Source of the DNA: Deinococcus radiodurans R1 = ATCC 13939 = DSM 20539
GTDB lineage: Bacteria; Deinococcota; Deinococci; Deinococcales; Deinococcaceae
Assembly: GCF_000008565.1 (NCBI RefSeq)
Contig: NC_001263.1
Span: 1,334,418 to 1,346,865, forward strand
Direction of reading: 5' to 3'
Length of the DNA stretch: 12,448 nucleotides
A model generated the notes under the pieces. It did not search any database. It saw only the letters and a program-made list of their open reading frames with translations, and was not told where the DNA came from. How positions within the stretch are numbered: the first letter of the stretch is position 1; the number at the start of each line of letters is the position of its first letter. This document shows positions 9,907 through 12,448 of this stretch, one piece after another. A program made the position numbers and the translations under genes.

Positions 9907-10611
9907 ATGGAATTTTTCATCGACACCGCCATCGTGGACGAAATCAGGGAAATCAACGCCTGGGGCGTGCTCTCGGGCGTGACGACCAACCCCAGCCTGA
10001 TCGTCGCCTCGGGCCGCGATTTCAAGGAAGTCATCGGTGAGATCGCCGAGCTGGTGCCCGGCGGCGCCATCAGCGCCGAAGTCACCGCGCTCGACGCCGA
10101 GGGTATGATCAAGGAAGGCAAAGACGTGGCCGCCTGGCACAAGCAGGTCGTCGTTAAGCTCCCGCTGACCCCCGCCGGGCTGCAAGCGTGCAAAGCGCTT
10201 ACGAGCGAAGGCATCAAGACCAACGTGACCCTGTGCTTCAGCGTACCGCAGGCGCTGCTCGCCGCCCGCGCCGGGGCGACCTACGTCTCGCCCTTCGTGG
10301 GCCGGGTGGACGACACCGGCTGGGACGGCTCGGAACTCATCCGTCAGATCAAGGAAGCCTTCGTGCTCGGCGATATCCAGACCAAGGTGCTCGCCGCCAG
10401 CATCCGGCACCCGCAGCACGTGGTGCAGGCCGCGCTTGCCGGCGCCGACGTGGCGACCATTCCCTACAAGGTCTTTACCCAGATGGTCAAGCACCCGCTG
10501 ACCCAGGCAGGCCTCGACAGCTTCATGGCCGACTGGGCCAAGCGCCAGGGTGCCAGCCCGGAAACGCCCCCCAGTGAAGCCGGCACCAACCCGGTCAAGA
10601 AAGAAGGATGA
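9907..10611 (+). CDS. tal: Transaldolase type 3B / fructose-6-phosphate aldolase family (234 aa)
   Basis: The product reads MEFFIDTA...GVTTNPSL...VVVKLPLT (Schiff-base Lys context)...TNVTLCFS. An AGGAGG SD (9895..9900) sits 6 nt before ATG 9907. The protein has a short Pro/Ser-rich C-terminal tail. Confidence 0.9.
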
Positions 10612-11888
10612 CTGTGACTGAGGTCGCTCCCCAGGCCCTGCCCTTTCAGGAGCTTCAGGAAAAGATTCTGCCTGAACTGCACCTGCTCGCCGCCGGGCTG
10701 GGCATCGAAAACTACCGCAAGCTGAAGAAAGACGCTCTGGCGCTCGCCATCATGGAAAAGCAGGCCGACGCCGAGGGCCAGAGCCTCGCACGCGGCTACC
10801 TCGACATCACGTCGGACGGCTACGGCTTCTTGCAGGCCGACCTGCTCGACCCGGCCAGCCGCTCGGTGCTCGTCACGGCGGGCGTCATCAAGCAGTATCA
10901 CCTGCGAACCGGTGACGAGGTCATCGGGCGTGCCCGCAAGCCGCGTGAAAACGAGCGTTACGGCTCGCTCGTGCGCGTCGAAGCCGTCAACGGCCTGGAC
11001 CCCGAAGCCGCCCGGCAGCGCCCGCGCTTCGACGACCTGACCCCGACGTTCCCCGACCAGCAGCTCGTGCTCGAAGACCCCAGCACTGATGACGGCCTGA
11101 GCCTGCGCGTGGTGGACCTGCTCGTGCCCATCGGGCGGGGGCAGCGGGCGCTGATCGTGGCGCCTCCCAAAGCAGGGAAGACCACGCTGCTCAAGAAAAT
11201 CGCCAACTCCATCACCAAGAATTATCCCGACGTGACGGTGATGGTCCTCCTGGTCGACGAGCGCCCCGAAGAAGTCACCGATTTCCGCGAGAGCGTGCAG
11301 GGCGCCCAGGTCATCGCCTCGACCTTCGACGAGCCGCCGCAGCACCACGTCCGCGTCGCTGAGTTCGTCCACGAACGCGCCCGCCGCATCGTGGAGGAGG
11401 GGGGGCATGTCGTGATTCTGCTCGACTCCATCACCCGCCTCGCCCGCGCCAACAACCTCGTCACGCCCCCCACGGGCCGCACGCTCTCGGGCGGTCTGGA
11501 CTCCAACGCGCTGCACTGGCCCAAGCGTTTTCTGGGGGCCGCCCGCAACATCCGCGAGGGCGGCAGCCTGACCATCCTGGCGACCGCGCTGGTGGAAACC
11601 GGCAGCCGCATGGACGACGTGATTTTCGAGGAGTTCAAGGGCACCGGCAACGCCGAACTCGTCCTGTCGCGCCGCCTGGAGGAGAGGCGAATCTTTCCGG
11701 CGCTCGACATCCTCAAATCGGGCACCCGCCGCGAGGAGCTGCTGCTTCAGCCCGAGGTCCTCAAGAAAATGTGGCTGCTGCGTAAGGTCATCAGCGACAT
11801 GGACCCCGCCGACGCGATGGAAATGCTGCTGGGCCGCATGGGCAAGACGCGCAACAACGTCGAGTTCCTGGCTGCCCTGGCTGGCTAA
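10608..11888 (+). CDS. rho: Transcription termination factor Rho (426 aa from ATG 10608; alternative GTG 10614)
   Basis: Contains an RNA-binding GYGFL motif, Walker [16 protein letters not shown] and Walker [18 protein letters not shown] 10608 overlaps the tal stop codon (ATGA). Confidence 0.95.
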
Positions 11889-11901
11889 AGCTTTTTTGTG
11901 G

Positions 11902-11927
11902 GGCATGGGCGGAAGCTCATGCCTTTT
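11902..11927 (+). terminator. Rho-independent terminator after rho
   Basis: GGCATGGG-cggaag-CTCATGCC (8 bp with one G-T pair) followed by TTTT, 14 nt after the TAA stop. Confidence 0.7.
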
Positions 11928-11958
11928 ACATTGTTCGAGAGGTAAAAAATTTTATATG

Positions 11959-11995
11959 AAAAAGATTGGAAGGCATGGTAAATAAACAGCCTTCC
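11959..11995 (-). terminator. Candidate terminator after tpiA
   Basis: Minus strand GGAAGGC-14 nt loop-GCCTTCC, then AATC and TTTTT. It lies in the convergent rho/tpiA gap. Confidence 0.5.
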
Positions 11996-12029
11996 CCAGC
12001 CCCCACTTACGCCAGGGAAGACCAAAACA

Positions 12030-12448
12030 TCACCTCAACGCGTCCAGCATCCCCAGCACATCCGGTACCTTGAGGCTCGCACCGCCGACCAGCGCGCCGT
12101 TCACGTTGGGCTTACCGCAAATCTCGGCGATATTCTCCGGCTTCACGCTGCCGCCGTACAGCACGCGAATGCCTTCAGCGCGGGCACCGTATTGCTCGCG
12201 TAGCGCCCCACGAATGGCGGCAGCGAGTTCCTCGGCGTCGTCCGCTGTGGCCGTCTTGCCGGTGCCGATGGCCCAGACTGGCTCGTAAGCCACGACCACG
12301 TCGGCGCCCACGCCTTCCAGGCTGCCACGCAGTTGCGCCAGCGTCTGCGGCACGTGCTCGCCGCGCTCGCGCACATCCAAGTTTTCACCCACGCAAACAA
12401 TCGGCAGCAGCCCGTTTGCCTGCGCCTGACGCGCTTTGGCGGCCACAT
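12030..12448 (-). CDS. tpiA: Triosephosphate isomerase, partial (N-terminus beyond the right edge)
   Basis: Contains [17 protein letters not shown] and [10 protein letters not shown], the TIM signatures. The frame is open to the window edge. Confidence 0.9.
   Translation of the reverse strand, partial: VAAKARQAQANGLLPIVCVGENLDVRERGEHVPQTLAQLRGSLEGVGADVVVAYEPVWAIGTGKTATADDAEELAAAIRGALREQYGARAEGIRVLYGGSVKPENIAEICGKPNVNGALVGGASLKVPDVLGMLDALR

Overview
GC-rich (about two-thirds G+C by eye) chromosomal segment that looks like Deinococcus (D. radiodurans-like) core genome carrying one IS insertion. The organism call is an inference from composition, gene content and the IS. Minus strand, right to left: tpiA (5' end off the right edge), ileS (type-2 IleRS) with a T-box leader, an IS4-family element, a nagZ-like GH3 gene interrupted by one in-frame TGA, a 59-aa acidic ORF with its own terminator, a PhzF-family gene, and a Cof/HAD hydrolase. 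The hydrolase runs off the left edge and is absent from the ORF track because it has no stop codon in the window. Plus strand: BenE-family permease, transaldolase, and rho, which abuts the transaldolase stop codon. I found no tRNA, rRNA, CRISPR array, or multi-gene defence or toxin-like system. The only accessory DNA is the IS. The signals the ORF track does not explain are mostly regulatory or RNA-level. They are the ileS T-box with an unusual downstream platform, a recurring CTACACT box 6-7 nt before three ATGs (leaderless-type promoters), the GH3 in-frame stop, a degenerate HIGH motif in IleRS, tal-rho coupling, and an unclear BenE N-terminus. The long Arg/Pro/Gly/Ala-rich ORFs antisense to these genes are high-GC artefacts.
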